DNA from: a virus
Length of the DNA: 64,000 nt
Direction: 5' to 3' (one strand)
Virus record (IMG/VR): IMGVR_UViG_3300037264_000690
Location: 30,414-94,413 of that record
Translations under genes and position numbers: made by a program
The notes under the pieces: model-generated
The model's input: the letters and a program-made list of their open reading frames with translations, nothing else
Database searches by the model: none
Told to the model about the DNA's origin: nothing
Shown here: positions 26,113 through 36,857 of the stretch, in pieces
How the letters are laid out: each line of letters starts with the position of its first letter
How positions within the stretch are numbered: position 1 is the first letter of the stretch

Positions 26113-28971
26113 ATGACTGTAACCATGCCCGGATCTCTACGTAACCGACTTCGGTCTGGTGATTTCAATTTCAGTACCACTGGCACTTCCCCCGGTTGGT
26201 GGCTGAAGTCTGCGTCCTACTGGCGCGATGTATGTCGATATCATCGCTTCAAGCATGGTGAGGTCAAGACTGCCGAGCTCGGTGGCGGCCAGGACACTCC
26301 GTTCGAGCAGGCATTCTCCAACCTGGCCCACGCCTATCTCAAGGATAAGGCTCCGAAACTGCTCGACTATGAAGTTGGCTTCCAACTGTTGGAAAAGAAT
26401 CAGGAGAACACCAAGTCAGTCGGCGTGTTTGGCTTCAAGGTCGGCAGCCAGTGGATCTATTGCCCAGTGCTATTCCTCAATGGCGACTTGAAGGGCCATG
26501 AGCTCATGTACATCAAGTCGCAGGACATGTTCGTCCCGTTGAAGGAAGAATGGATCGATTACATCTTGGGTAAGAAGCCGGCCATCCTCGGCGAGGGTGT
26601 CAACCGTAACCTCAGCCTCATGGGTGTTATGCCGCCCAACCTTTACCAGCTCAGTCGCTCCCCACAGAAATTCGCTGCCGATCAATCTAGTGGCAAGATC
26701 GTACCCACGACGAACACCGAACCTGACCTTCCGATCACAACGCCAGCCGGCTGCCCGAAGATGGCTAGTTGGGCTCGTGAGTTCATGCCAACTCTGGGTT
26801 ACTTAACAACCACGCCAGTTGATTACACTGGCATCAAGGGCGTCCCCGATTTGCTCAAGGAGGCCGGCGAGACTCTCTTCCGCTTCGTTACTGATCAGAT
26901 CGGCGTGAAGTACCCAACCGTCTTCGCTGACATCGACCGCTTCTATGGTCATGAAATGTTGACTGATGTGGCACAGCACATCTATGCTCAGAAGAAGGCT
27001 GCTGCTAGCAAGAGCCTCGTCAAGAATTCCGCCACTATGGCGTTTGGCGACAAGCCGCCGAAGGACTGGAACGGCACTATGCAGCGGCCATCCAAGAAGA
27101 ACGGTGGCGTGCGTTCCGATGGTGAGGAAGCCTGGGATCTGTCTCAAGTCGGCCGCCGTCGGACTGGTGCCCACGTTGGGCACCTGGGCGATAGTGCCAA
27201 GATGGCTAACTATCCCGGCTGTGGCGGCCCGAAGGGTCCAGCATCGATGAAGTGCGAAAAGTGCGGCATGATCAACTGCAAGTGCCCGCACATGAAGAAG
27301 AAGGCATCGATCATCCCGTCGGAGATTGGCCCAACTGAGGCACTACCGGAAGGCATCAAGCATAAGGTCATCAGCAAGGAGACGGTCAAGCTCGATCCAC
27401 AGCTCGTCCACGGTATGTCGTCCGATGAACGGCAGACCCTGCTCAAGGAGCGGGTGGTCTTCAAGGATCATCGTGAGGACAAGGACGTCACGATTGCGTA
27501 CAACGTCCAGACTCCGCTGCGGATGCAGAACCCCGATCACACTGGCCTCTACTACGTCTTGGTCAAGCCAGACAAGTTCGAGAAGTGCCTGGTGATCTAC
27601 CACCCGTACAACGCCGAGCAGCGGCTGGGCCTCTGCACTGTTGTCCGTTTGGACGGCGAGAAGAACTACGTCAACACCCACCCGGCCAATGTTTGGCACC
27701 GGGGCGAGGTTGACAACGACACCTGGAAGAAGTGGCTCGACAAGGAGAAGACCTGCGAGTCGGTGCCGCTGCAGCGCCGCACCAAGAAGTACGGCGATTA
27801 TGATTATGATGACAAGCGGGTCTTTCTACTCCTTGGACCGAACGGCGAGGGTACAGCCCCGTTCAAGGCCAGAGAGGAGTACACCGGTGGCGATGACGAG
27901 CAAGTTGTCTATGACGTGCGGTTCGAGGATCATGAGTGGTCTAGTCGGCCAGCTTACCTGCCCGATCATGGTCGTGGCATGAAGAATTACGCCGATCCGT
28001 GCTGTTTGAACGCGGACGGTGAGCACCTAACATTGACCAAGCGCCCCGGCGTCAAGATCACCGTGAAGTCGGGCTACCTCATGGTCCCAGACCAGTTCAA
28101 GATTATTCAGTGCCGGGACGAGGATGCCTCCGAGAAGACTCGTAACAAGCCGCTGCAACTTGGTACACTTGTTGACGTTCAGACCAAGATCATGAGCTAC
28201 ACCGAGCCGCTGCGGGTGGTCTCCGATGGTAAGGATGTCACGGTTGAAGAGAACCGCATGGACAAACTGTCGGCCGTCATGCATCTCTTTTACGATTACG
28301 GTCTCCGCAAGGAAGCAGCCGAAGAGATCGTCGACCGTGCGCTCAAACATGGAAAGTGCGAGCCACGGTTGGTCTACTCGAATTACATCAAGGCTTGCTG
28401 GTCACTCACCGAGAAGCAAGCTGCTGACTCAGGCAATGACATGATCCGTGGTGCGCCAAACGCCCCGCCGTTCCCAGAGCCATACACTGGCTATGACCCA
28501 CTGACTGGTGGCAACGTTCCGACCATGCAGGAGTCTCAGTTCAACATCCCGATTCAGGACATGTCGGCCTCGAAGACAGATCGTTCGATCTACCATCCGT
28601 TCGGCCCGGACCCGAAGGCCATGCAGGTTGCACAGGATGCCAGCCGCACCGGGCAGAAGGAAGTCTTCGATACCGCCATGCTGGGCAGTCTGCTCAAGGT
28701 GCTTCGCCAGGACAACATGGTTGATCGCTACATGGGCGACCTGATGAAGGGTATGGATCGACTGGGCCGCATCCTATTCCTCTACTACTGGCATGGTGAG
28801 GAGTTTGAGGATCGCTATGGCAAGCAGGATATGCCTGAGCTGGAAGACGGCCTTCGCAATGCCTTTGAGGGTATCGGCGATATCGTCTTAGTCCTCAAGC
28901 GTAAGGCCATCGAGCCACAGATGTCGGACGATACTGGTAAGGTGGACCTTGGCCCAATTGCCAATCAGTAA
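26113..28971 (+). CDS. large head-associated protein (KxA-rich)
   Basis: 952 aa; first gene of the structural block; about a dozen KxA motifs; CEKC..CKC. Confidence 0.7.
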   Translation: MTVTMPGSLRNRLRSGDFNFSTTGTSPGWWLKSASYWRDVCRYHRFKHGEVKTAELGGGQDTPFEQAFSNLAHAYLKDKAPKLLDYEVGFQLLEKNQENTKSVGVFGFKVGSQWIYCPVLFLNGDLKGHELMYIKSQDMFVPLKEEWIDYILGKKPAILGEGVNRNLSLMGVMPPNLYQLSRSPQKFAADQSSGKIVPTTNTEPDLPITTPAGCPKMASWAREFMPTLGYLTTTPVDYTGIKGVPDLLKEAGETLFRFVTDQIGVKYPTVFADIDRFYGHEMLTDVAQHIYAQKKAAASKSLVKNSATMAFGDKPPKDWNGTMQRPSKKNGGVRSDGEEAWDLSQVGRRRTGAHVGHLGDSAKMANYPGCGGPKGPASMKCEKCGMINCKCPHMKKKASIIPSEIGPTEALPEGIKHKVISKETVKLDPQLVHGMSSDERQTLLKERVVFKDHREDKDVTIAYNVQTPLRMQNPDHTGLYYVLVKPDKFEKCLVIYHPYNAEQRLGLCTVVRLDGEKNYVNTHPANVWHRGEVDNDTWKKWLDKEKTCESVPLQRRTKKYGDYDYDDKRVFLLLGPNGEGTAPFKAREEYTGGDDEQVVYDVRFEDHEWSSRPAYLPDHGRGMKNYADPCCLNADGEHLTLTKRPGVKITVKSGYLMVPDQFKIIQCRDEDASEKTRNKPLQLGTLVDVQTKIMSYTEPLRVVSDGKDVTVEENRMDKLSAVMHLFYDYGLRKEAAEEIVDRALKHGKCEPRLVYSNYIKACWSLTEKQAADSGNDMIRGAPNAPPFPEPYTGYDPLTGGNVPTMQESQFNIPIQDMSASKTDRSIYHPFGPDPKAMQVAQDASRTGQKEVFDTAMLGSLLKVLRQDNMVDRYMGDLMKGMDRLGRILFLYYWHGEEFEDRYGKQDMPELEDGLRNAFEGIGDIVLVLKRKAIEPQMSDDTGKVDLGPIANQ

Positions 28972-28983
28972 CAGGAGATAGTC

Positions 28984-29454
28984 ATGCCTCGGGTCTACAC
29001 TCGAATCTTTTCTGATGAAGCATTTGCGGCTCGACTACCATCTAGTCAGCCTGCCGTGGTTATTGGTGGCACCAAGAAGCGGATTGTGCGCATGAAGATG
29101 GGCTCGGAAGGCCGACTCACTGAACTGACCGTCAAGCAGTTGGAGTCGGAAGCTCAGGTGGCGTTCACGATCGAGGTTCTCAAGTCAAAGATTCCGTTCC
29201 CAGTCGTCGACGCTGATATCGGTGTGGCTGTTGTTCCTGTAGACACCATTAGCCTTTATCGTGTTATATTGCCCATCGTTGGTGTAGCCGGCTCACCAAT
29301 CCAGCTCGACGAACAACATGGATTTGCCTACAAGAACATGGATGGTGGTTGGACAGAGAATCAGCAATTCCTCTATCTGTTGATTGAGCCCACAGCGGCA
29401 GTAGCGACGACATGGAAAGTCTCCATGACCGTCGAACGTGACATCGGTAAGTGA
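28984..29454 (+). CDS. putative virion protein
   Basis: AGGAG RBS; beta-rich. Confidence 0.6.
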   Translation: MPRVYTRIFSDEAFAARLPSSQPAVVIGGTKKRIVRMKMGSEGRLTELTVKQLESEAQVAFTIEVLKSKIPFPVVDADIGVAVVPVDTISLYRVILPIVGVAGSPIQLDEQHGFAYKNMDGGWTENQQFLYLLIEPTAAVATTWKVSMTVERDIGK

Positions 29455-29470
29455 GTATTTTTTTACTGCT

Positions 29471-30412
29471 ATGATTCCATCTAAAGATGATCCACTGAGG
29501 CCACCCGACTGGCGGTGGCTACGAGCAAACTGGCTTAGGTCCACTGGCAAGTACGCGAAGAAAAGCCGTGAGGACGCTGAGACAATGCTCATCAAGCGCT
29601 ACCTCTCAGCGAAGGCATTATGCCATAACGAGCTGCAACTGGAGCGGTTGATGTATAAGATGCCAGGTCTGTATCACGCGGAGCAGTTACACGACCGCGA
29701 GGATTTGGATCTGCGGTGGGAAATGGAGGCACGATTCCTGGCACGTGAATCGTTCGAGTCCATTGGCGGTAAGATTGGCATCGATGTTGAGGTAGTGTTC
29801 TGGTACGAGCGAGCCTTCTATAACGTGCTTGAGAAGCTCAACAACCAGAGCTACATTGGCAACGTGGCCATGGGTCGTTCAGTTCATCGTGGACTCTTTG
29901 AGCGTGACTATGACTTGCTGTGGAAAATGTTCGGCTATGCTTGCGGCCCACTGATGATTGACAGTCTCACCCGCAAGCTAACGAATCCACAACAGGTTGA
30001 TGCAGCAGATCAAGTTGACGTAGCCAAGCATGCGCTAACGAGCTCTGCTTTAGTCGATAAGGCTTTAACTGCAGCAATGACGATCCCGGTAAGTTACAAT
30101 CAATCTATCATCCTAGAGTTCTATCATAAGATGTTGGAGATTCAGCGGAACTCAGGTAAGGGCGGCGACATCATCGCGATGATTACTAATAACATCAATT
30201 CGGCGTTAACAGCTTTGCCTTTCTCAGCTGAGCGTTCAACAGTTACTGCACCACAACTGTCGTATTACGATGATCAGAGTGCCGAACTACGAGCAGACGA
30301 GGTGCTTGCAGTCGATTTGGGGTTCGACTCACCGGCTCTTCGAGATGCCGTAAAGGTTACCTTCCCGGGGGCCAAGGATGGCAACAATGCAGCGAATCAG
30401 CAAGGAAACTGA
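29471..30412 (+). CDS. hypothetical protein (head module)
   Basis: long ORF in the tightly packed operon; start uncertain. Confidence 0.65.
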   Translation: MIPSKDDPLRPPDWRWLRANWLRSTGKYAKKSREDAETMLIKRYLSAKALCHNELQLERLMYKMPGLYHAEQLHDREDLDLRWEMEARFLARESFESIGGKIGIDVEVVFWYERAFYNVLEKLNNQSYIGNVAMGRSVHRGLFERDYDLLWKMFGYACGPLMIDSLTRKLTNPQQVDAADQVDVAKHALTSSALVDKALTAAMTIPVSYNQSIILEFYHKMLEIQRNSGKGGDIIAMITNNINSALTALPFSAERSTVTAPQLSYYDDQSAELRADEVLAVDLGFDSPALRDAVKVTFPGAKDGNNAANQQGN

Positions 30413-31748
30413 GACGAAGCTCGTACGTTCGCTGGAGAAGGTGGCTAACCTTGTCCAGGATGGCGAGACGCCTAGTGACGCTATCGTCAAAGTGGCTCAA
30501 GGTGATGATCTGCCCATTGGGCATGTGCAGTTGATGGTTCAGGCGTATAACAACGCCCGGTTCAATCAACAGCGCAAGTCATCCAGCCTACTTGCCGAGA
30601 AGACAGCTCACTTTACATTGGCGAACCCGAAGGACATCTACGAGCAGCTTTGGCCAAGCAACGTTAAGGAAGCGCATGTCAAGCTGATGCGCAACCACAA
30701 CGAGATTGCTGATGATTACAGTCGGCCACCAGAGAACATCACACCAGATCGCTTCTCGATGCCACATTTCACCAAGGTGGCTAAGGCACTGTCTGCTAGC
30801 GGTAAGTCGTTGCCTCGTGAATCGGACTATCACATGAAGAAGGCGCATAGCTTACTCAAAGAGCTTGATGTTGAGCATGCAGAGAAGCGTCGCCTCATGA
30901 ACGCAGCGCGTGACAAAGTTGCTGAGTCCTTCGATGACTTGAACGATTATTTCAAGGGCAACTATCACTTGCCGTTCACAGCGGTAAAGGAAGCTGCCGT
31001 TTTACTGTATGGACCAGAAGCCGATCCGATCTTTGCTCATCTAGCTGATGTATCGCCGCGTCTGCTCAAGGATAGTGTTGGTCACTACAAGTGCGCTGTC
31101 GATCGTACCCAGCCGCCCTATACTCTGATCGAAAAGTGCTTAACCAATGTCAGCGACTACTTGCACCGCTTCAATGATCTTGGTAAGTTCAGCAAGCAAG
31201 CCGGGGCCGCGACTGCTGACTTGATGGAGCAGTTTATGCCGCTGCAACGCATCCCAATCAGGGGCTCGCTGCTGCAGCATCGAGGCGTTGAGAAGTGTGC
31301 TGATAACTTAGGCATGCTGACTGGTCCCATTGGTCAGATCGGTCAGACGGTTATGGGACACGCGCTAGCCTCGCAGTTGATGAAGGGTACCGAACCAAAG
31401 GAACCGGAGAAGATGGAGCGGAAGTCGCTCATCAGTCTCATGGACCCTGCTCACGAGCAGAGACTGAGAGGTGTCCGCGCTCAGGCTACCTTTCACGACC
31501 TAATGGCTAATGATGAGTATCTCCAAGGTGCTGATCCAACTCATGCCACCAAGTTGTACAACGAGATTTCTCGGGTGTCACCGCGTGCGGTTGACCAACC
31601 ACTGTTGATGCGTGCCCTGCTTCGTCGATACCTGGCACAGGGTCAAGTTGACCCGAGCGAAGTTCAGCAGCTTGCTGATATTGAAGGTAAACTCAAGGAC
31701 CGTGAAGCTCCACAAGAGCAGCATCCGCTCTTTGCTAAGCAGGAGTAA
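30378..31748 (+). CDS. KxA-rich head protein
   Basis: 11 KxA in the first ~310 aa, none in the C-terminal part. Confidence 0.65.
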   Translation: MATMQRISKETETKLVRSLEKVANLVQDGETPSDAIVKVAQGDDLPIGHVQLMVQAYNNARFNQQRKSSSLLAEKTAHFTLANPKDIYEQLWPSNVKEAHVKLMRNHNEIADDYSRPPENITPDRFSMPHFTKVAKALSASGKSLPRESDYHMKKAHSLLKELDVEHAEKRRLMNAARDKVAESFDDLNDYFKGNYHLPFTAVKEAAVLLYGPEADPIFAHLADVSPRLLKDSVGHYKCAVDRTQPPYTLIEKCLTNVSDYLHRFNDLGKFSKQAGAATADLMEQFMPLQRIPIRGSLLQHRGVEKCADNLGMLTGPIGQIGQTVMGHALASQLMKGTEPKEPEKMERKSLISLMDPAHEQRLRGVRAQATFHDLMANDEYLQGADPTHATKLYNEISRVSPRAVDQPLLMRALLRRYLAQGQVDPSEVQQLADIEGKLKDREAPQEQHPLFAKQE

Positions 31749-31753
31749 TCGAC

Positions 31754-33208
31754 ATGATGATTAAGTCGATTCTTAGTTCGTCATATGACTTTGGCGAGCC
31801 GCCCCTGCAGCTCGTCAAGTCTGGTGCGAATGGGCTACGTGGCGAAGACTTCCGTTCATTTGTTAAGCGGGCTGGTTTCGCAATGGCGGATGTTGCTCGT
31901 AAGGTCGAATTGCACCCAGGCGAAGAGCTGATTCATGGTATTGCTCTGGGCACAACCGAACACTATGGTCCGAACCGAAACGGCGATGGCTTCAAGGAAG
32001 CGGCCTGCCGGCTCTACCATCCCACATTCGTAAAGTACGCTCGGTGGTATCGCCATCACGCCAACAAGGACACCAAGAAGTCCTATGGCATCATCAAGTA
32101 CAGCCACTTCAACGACGACATGAAGCGCATCGAGCTCTTAGCGGCACTAAATCGCACGAAGGAAGCAGCCGAACGTAACGGCGGCCTGGTCGCCGACGAA
32201 GAGCTCGAAGCCCTACACGACGGCAAGGACGTGCCAACCAGTATGGCCTGCAAGGTTGCTTATGACGTGTGTGCTGGTTGCGGTCATAAGGCTAAGAACC
32301 GCACTGAATACTGCACTGGCAACGATGAAGGTGGCATGTGCAAGCGGGGCGGTGTGAAGAATCGGATGGGCTTCGTCCATGACGATGGCTTCATGAACCA
32401 CGTTGATAATCCACACCCGCACTTCTTCGATTGGTCGAAGGTGTATCGTGGTGCGGACCGGACGAGTTTCGCTGACGGCATCCTCAAGGCTGCCGCCACT
32501 GGTGGCGTTGTCATCGGTGGTGCTGAGCTGGCCGAGAAGATGGGAGTGCAGCTGCCCGACATCATCATGGACGTGCCAGCTGTTAACCTGTGGCCAACCC
32601 GACTTGAAAAGCTGGCTACCAAGCTGGCCGCCATCGAACAGAAGTTCGATCGTGGCGGTTACCAGCAGTACGACCTGGCCCTTTCGCCTGAGTTCGAGAA
32701 GGAAGCTGAGCTGGATGTCCTTCCGAGCGGGCCAACTCATCTTCAGCTCGCCGCGTTGGCAATGCAGAAGATCGCTCTGCCGGTTGAATCGTGGTTCAAG
32801 CTGGTCCATGGCGACTCGTGCAAATGGGCGAGCGCTGATATGATCCGTGATGGGCTTCCGGGTATCTACGGCCGTATGCTGGCCGATGGGTACATCAAGG
32901 AGGCAAGCGGATCATTGCCTTCGATTGGCGGCATGATTCCACACTCCCACTGTAAGTGGGCTTATGACCTGGCACCAGAACTTTCACTTGATCGCTCGCA
33001 CCTTGATATCCGCGTGAAGCGAGCAGCCATTCGTGGCTACTCTGTTCCTGACGTTCGCCGTGCACCGTTGGTGAAGTCAGCTGGTGCAGCCGAGACCCTG
33101 GCTCGTGGGTACGCGCTGTACAAGTTGGCCTTTCTCCAGGCACTTGAAGGTCGAGATACGGATTTCGATTTGACATGTACCATGGTGACACGGCAGAATT
33201 ACATTTGA
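31754..33208 (+). CDS. putative prohead maturation protease
   Basis: NRNGDGF, TF....YRHH.N, SMACKV.YDVC..CG (candidate catalytic His/Ser); lies upstream of scaffold and capsid genes. Confidence 0.65.
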   Translation: MMIKSILSSSYDFGEPPLQLVKSGANGLRGEDFRSFVKRAGFAMADVARKVELHPGEELIHGIALGTTEHYGPNRNGDGFKEAACRLYHPTFVKYARWYRHHANKDTKKSYGIIKYSHFNDDMKRIELLAALNRTKEAAERNGGLVADEELEALHDGKDVPTSMACKVAYDVCAGCGHKAKNRTEYCTGNDEGGMCKRGGVKNRMGFVHDDGFMNHVDNPHPHFFDWSKVYRGADRTSFADGILKAAATGGVVIGGAELAEKMGVQLPDIIMDVPAVNLWPTRLEKLATKLAAIEQKFDRGGYQQYDLALSPEFEKEAELDVLPSGPTHLQLAALAMQKIALPVESWFKLVHGDSCKWASADMIRDGLPGIYGRMLADGYIKEASGSLPSIGGMIPHSHCKWAYDLAPELSLDRSHLDIRVKRAAIRGYSVPDVRRAPLVKSAGAAETLARGYALYKLAFLQALEGRDTDFDLTCTMVTRQNYI

Positions 33209-33253
33209 TCTATCGGCAACCATGCCGTAACGAGCCAAAGGAGTGGCTTAGCA

Positions 33254-34513
33254 ATGCCTACTACGATTCCTCAGAACTCGGTAATCGGTCGTATCAGCTC
33301 GCTGATCGAAGAGATCAACGGCGTGAAGACCGCTGCTGACAAGGGTCACACCAAGAAGGGGACCGAGTTGGACCTGAGCGGTTCTGCCAAGCAGGACCCA
33401 GGTGGTTACAAGGGCAAGTCGGACCACCCAAGCGCTCGTGCTGCATCGAATGTCCAGAAGACTCCGCTTGGCTCTCGGGCCAAGGAGAATGAGACAGACG
33501 TCAAGCACGACCATCCCGGTGCCGGTGTGGATAACACCAGCGGCAGTGGTGGCGACCAGGATTCCAAGCAACTCAACATCGGCACGCATCAGTCTGCTAC
33601 CGGTGAAGACCCCAAGGTTGAAGACGACTTCAAGGGCACCAAGGAGGACGGGCGTGATGGTGACCGTGGTGGCACATCGCACCCGGCAAGCGCCGAAGAT
33701 ATTGGCGGAAAATACGCCTCGGCCAAGTTTGCTGACTTGACCAAGGTGGCTTACGCCAAGATGAATGAACTACTGGCGGATGTGGCCAATGGCTCAGCCC
33801 CAGTCAGTGCTCCGATCAAGACGGCATCGGTTAGCCAGAACGTGTCACAGGCTTCAGATGTCGAGAAGCAGGCTGCTGCTCAGGCAATTATCGAGCAGAC
33901 CATCATCGATGCTCGCGTCAACGCCGACCTCGTTGGTGAGTTCCTCACCAAGTACAGCGAGAAGTATGCACACCTCTTGAAGGGTGCCGCCACTGACGGC
34001 CCAATGGGTGGCGCAATGGATGGCGAAGGCGGCGATGTTGGTGGTGGTCCACCCCCAGAGATGGGTAGCGGCGCGCCGCCGGAAATGGGTGGCGGTCCTG
34101 AAGAGGGTGGTGGCGCTGAGGGTGGGCTTGACGAAATGATCAATGCCCTGCTTCAGATGGGCATGACCCCAGAGGACATTGAAGCGGCCCTACAAGCCCA
34201 CATGAACGGCGGCGGTGAAGGTGGCGCACCTGGCGGTGCACCGCCTCCGGAAGCTGCCATGGCCGGTGCTGGTGGCCCACCAATGGGTGGCGGTGATATG
34301 GGCGGTGGCGGTGATATGGGCAAGATGGGCTCAGCTCGTCGGCGTGGTCTGAACGAGGATCAGCTCATCATGTTCAAGGCTGCAAACATGGCTTCGTACC
34401 GGTTCCGCACCGGCAAGTGGCAGCCTCGCACTGTTCAGCCAGGCACCAAGGAAGCTCAGGAGCGCACTGAACTGCAGCGCTACATCCTAGAGGTTTGCGG
34501 CTTCAACCGTTAA
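33254..34513 (+). CDS. putative scaffolding protein
   Basis: disordered, Gly/Pro/Met tracts, 10 KxA; between protease and capsid. Confidence 0.55.
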   Translation: MPTTIPQNSVIGRISSLIEEINGVKTAADKGHTKKGTELDLSGSAKQDPGGYKGKSDHPSARAASNVQKTPLGSRAKENETDVKHDHPGAGVDNTSGSGGDQDSKQLNIGTHQSATGEDPKVEDDFKGTKEDGRDGDRGGTSHPASAEDIGGKYASAKFADLTKVAYAKMNELLADVANGSAPVSAPIKTASVSQNVSQASDVEKQAAAQAIIEQTIIDARVNADLVGEFLTKYSEKYAHLLKGAATDGPMGGAMDGEGGDVGGGPPPEMGSGAPPEMGGGPEEGGGAEGGLDEMINALLQMGMTPEDIEAALQAHMNGGGEGGAPGGAPPPEAAMAGAGGPPMGGGDMGGGGDMGKMGSARRRGLNEDQLIMFKAANMASYRFRTGKWQPRTVQPGTKEAQERTELQRYILEVCGFNR

Positions 34514-34526
34514 GAAGGAGACAAGC

Positions 34527-34955
34527 ATGAACTTTCCAGAACGAGTCGTTGAGACTCTTCAAATCTCGGCGCTGGCATTGCAGAAAGCCGAGAAGGAAGC
34601 CAACGAGAAGACGTCCGCCGAACAGCGCTACACGAACAAGATTGCCAGTGCAGTTGAGAAGTGCGTGAAGTGTGGGCGTATCGATGACACCACCGATGAA
34701 CGTGAGAAGCTGGCTGCTTGGCTGATAACGCCAGAAGGTGCGCTAGAAGTCATCGAGAAGCTAGCCGAGCACGAGATCGATCCACCGATCGCTGCAGGTC
34801 TCGGCAAGCAGGTCGACGCACAAGGTCGATCCACAAGCAATGGTCATACCAAGAAGGCGTCCTATGACAGCCTGAATGATCCATACGTTGGTCGTCGTAC
34901 CGGTCAGGAGCCTGAGTCCTGGCGTCGACTGACAACTGGCCTGGGAATCGCGTAA
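34527..34955 (+). CDS. small helical scaffold-like protein (KxA)
   Basis: AGGAG RBS; 5 KxA. Confidence 0.6.
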   Translation: MNFPERVVETLQISALALQKAEKEANEKTSAEQRYTNKIASAVEKCVKCGRIDDTTDEREKLAAWLITPEGALEVIEKLAEHEIDPPIAAGLGKQVDAQGRSTSNGHTKKASYDSLNDPYVGRRTGQEPESWRRLTTGLGIA

Positions 34956-34996
34956 TTGCTACAATCCGGTAGTATAAAATACCACTGGAGTTAGCA

Positions 34997-35182
34997 ATGG
35001 GTTGGTGTAACAACGAAAAACGTAGGGAACATGTTAGGCAACAGTTGCAAAACGGTGTTTGTCCAACTTGTTGTCGCAACAAAACAGAAGGCTTTAGTAG
35101 ATGTGCTGCTTGCAGACAGAAACATAATGAAGTCAGTAAGCAGACGCATTGGAAGTTGAAACAAAAGGTCTTTGGTCACTAG
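34997..35182 (+). pseudogene. truncated zinc-finger HNH endonuclease remnant
   Basis: CPTC..RCAAC..KLKQKVFGH* matches the N-terminus of 19149 (KLKNEVFAAYGG); stops at the YGG position with no HNH core. Confidence 0.6.
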
Positions 35183-35257
35183 GACTTACTGAAGAAAGTG
35201 GTTGAGATAGGGTTGGATGAATACTAGCCCTAACTCCTTTACGACACGGAGGTTATC

Positions 35258-35803
35258 ATGCCATTGCCAGGCCAGATGTTTGATCACATGCTGAACCCAG
35301 CCAAGGGCTGGCCACACATGGCTGCCCTTGACTTCCAGGCTCGGCAATCCGCCAACGTCCAGTATCGGCTACGTGCCGGACAGGTCGGCCACGTCAATCT
35401 GGCCGGCGAGCTGGAGCCTGGCGTGCAGTTGACGCAAATGGGTCTGTTCCTCTTCCAGGGCGCTGATGACCTGGACGTGAACAACCAGGGCAACGACCAG
35501 TGGACTCCGGTTAGCCCGTCCGGCCGGATCATGTGCCTCGTGGCCGGCGGTGACTATGAGCTGGAGACCACTGAGTTCATCGCCTCACTGACATTCCAGC
35601 CAAACAACATGCTTCGTTCACCGGTCGGTAATGCGGTGGGCGACGAGTTCCTTTCCGGGATGTTGCGCAACGATGCGCTCGGCACGTTGTACTCGGCTGA
35701 CACGGAAGCTATCGTTGGTGTGGTCAGTCGTGGTACGTTCAATAACGCCTACGGTCGGCGAGTCCTGGCCTTCTGGCCACGTTGGCTGCCAGGTCGCGTG
35801 TAA
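35258..35803 (+). CDS. putative capsid decoration/cement protein
   Basis: GGAGG RBS; immediately upstream of the capsid gene; beta-rich. Confidence 0.55.
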   Translation: MPLPGQMFDHMLNPAKGWPHMAALDFQARQSANVQYRLRAGQVGHVNLAGELEPGVQLTQMGLFLFQGADDLDVNNQGNDQWTPVSPSGRIMCLVAGGDYELETTEFIASLTFQPNNMLRSPVGNAVGDEFLSGMLRNDALGTLYSADTEAIVGVVSRGTFNNAYGRRVLAFWPRWLPGRV

Positions 35804-35862
35804 TCTGAGTCAGACCAGGAGTTTCATTCCTACGGTCAAAACGGCACATGGAGGTGCTTAAA

Positions 35863-36789
35863 ATGGCGACTCCCGCTGAAGCCAGGATGGTGAACGAAGC
35901 TCTCTTTGAGCAGCTTGGCACTCCTGGTCTGGAGAAGCGTGCGATTGATGCGGTGAACGACTTCACGCGAACCAAGATGCGTGAAGACGGCTTCTACCGC
36001 CGTATCATTCCGCCGCTGCAGATCACCAATGACGAGCTCGATCGGCAGGTCGACACCGACAAGCCGGTCAAGGTCGTGGACAAGGAACCGGACAGCCCGG
36101 CTGCTATCAGCCTGCCGTTCGCCAACTTGCCCATCAACATCTACATCAAGGGTCCACGCTACCGGGTCCTGTTCGATCGCGTCGTCACACCTCGGTTCAC
36201 CAAGGATGTTGACGAACTGCGAACCTGGATCATGGACATTCGTCAGGTGCTGTCTGACAACAGCATCAAGGACATACTGGCCGAAGAGGACACCAAGTTC
36301 CTCACCGCCGTCAACACGGCGCTTGTCGGTCAGGACGTCATTCTGCCAACATCTGGTGTGGCTCAGTTCGTCGGTATTGGCGGTGGCATCACCCGCGAAA
36401 CGATGCAGGACGCCTTCAAGGTTATGCCACGGACTCCAAGCCACCTCGAAGTCCACACGGTCCTTATCAACAACATCACCATTCGTGAAGTGATGAAGTG
36501 GGATCGTGATGAGATGGGTGGTGACTTCAGCCAGGATCTCGTCAGGAACGGTTGGTCCGAGCAGGAGTTCATGAACGCCCGCTGGATCATCACGATCAAG
36601 CGGGACCTGGTTCCGGATGATCACATCTACATGTTCAGCGACCCGAAGTTCATCGGCAAGTCGTATCTTTTGGAAGACACGACGATGTACATCAAGCGGG
36701 AAGCCTACCTGCTTGAGTTCTTTGCCTACGAGACCATTGGCGGCGCGCTGGGTCATTATAATGGGTTGAGTCACGTGGTCTTTGAGTAA
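35863..36789 (+). CDS. major capsid protein (HK97-like fold, inferred)
   Basis: GGAGGT RBS, strong codon bias, position after protease/scaffold/decoration; single KxA at residues 25-27. Confidence 0.75.
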   Translation: MATPAEARMVNEALFEQLGTPGLEKRAIDAVNDFTRTKMREDGFYRRIIPPLQITNDELDRQVDTDKPVKVVDKEPDSPAAISLPFANLPINIYIKGPRYRVLFDRVVTPRFTKDVDELRTWIMDIRQVLSDNSIKDILAEEDTKFLTAVNTALVGQDVILPTSGVAQFVGIGGGITRETMQDAFKVMPRTPSHLEVHTVLINNITIREVMKWDRDEMGGDFSQDLVRNGWSEQEFMNARWIITIKRDLVPDDHIYMFSDPKFIGKSYLLEDTTMYIKREAYLLEFFAYETIGGALGHYNGLSHVVFE

Positions 36790-36796
36790 AAGTCCA

Positions 36797-36852
36797 TTGT
36801 AGTGTCCAACGTTGTTTGGTATGATAGCCCCTAGATTAATCAATCTAGGAGG
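36797..36852 (+). promoter_or_regulatory. promoter plus RBS-sequestering hairpin for the HNH gene
   Basis: TTGTAG-17bp-TATGAT (TG-extended); CCTAGATT-aatc-AATCTAGG overlaps AGGAGG. Confidence 0.6.
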
Positions 36853-36857
36853 TTATC

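Noticed and set aside
26113-30412. Calling 26113 or 29471 the portal or terminase
   Set aside because: No terminase ATPase or nuclease motifs, and no portal signature I could recognise; these genes probably lie outside the window
35836-36843. 335-aa minus-strand ORF, and similar ones at 7963-8949, 15934-16563 and 32213-32809
   Set aside because: Antisense shadows of codon-biased + strand genes; no motifs or RBS
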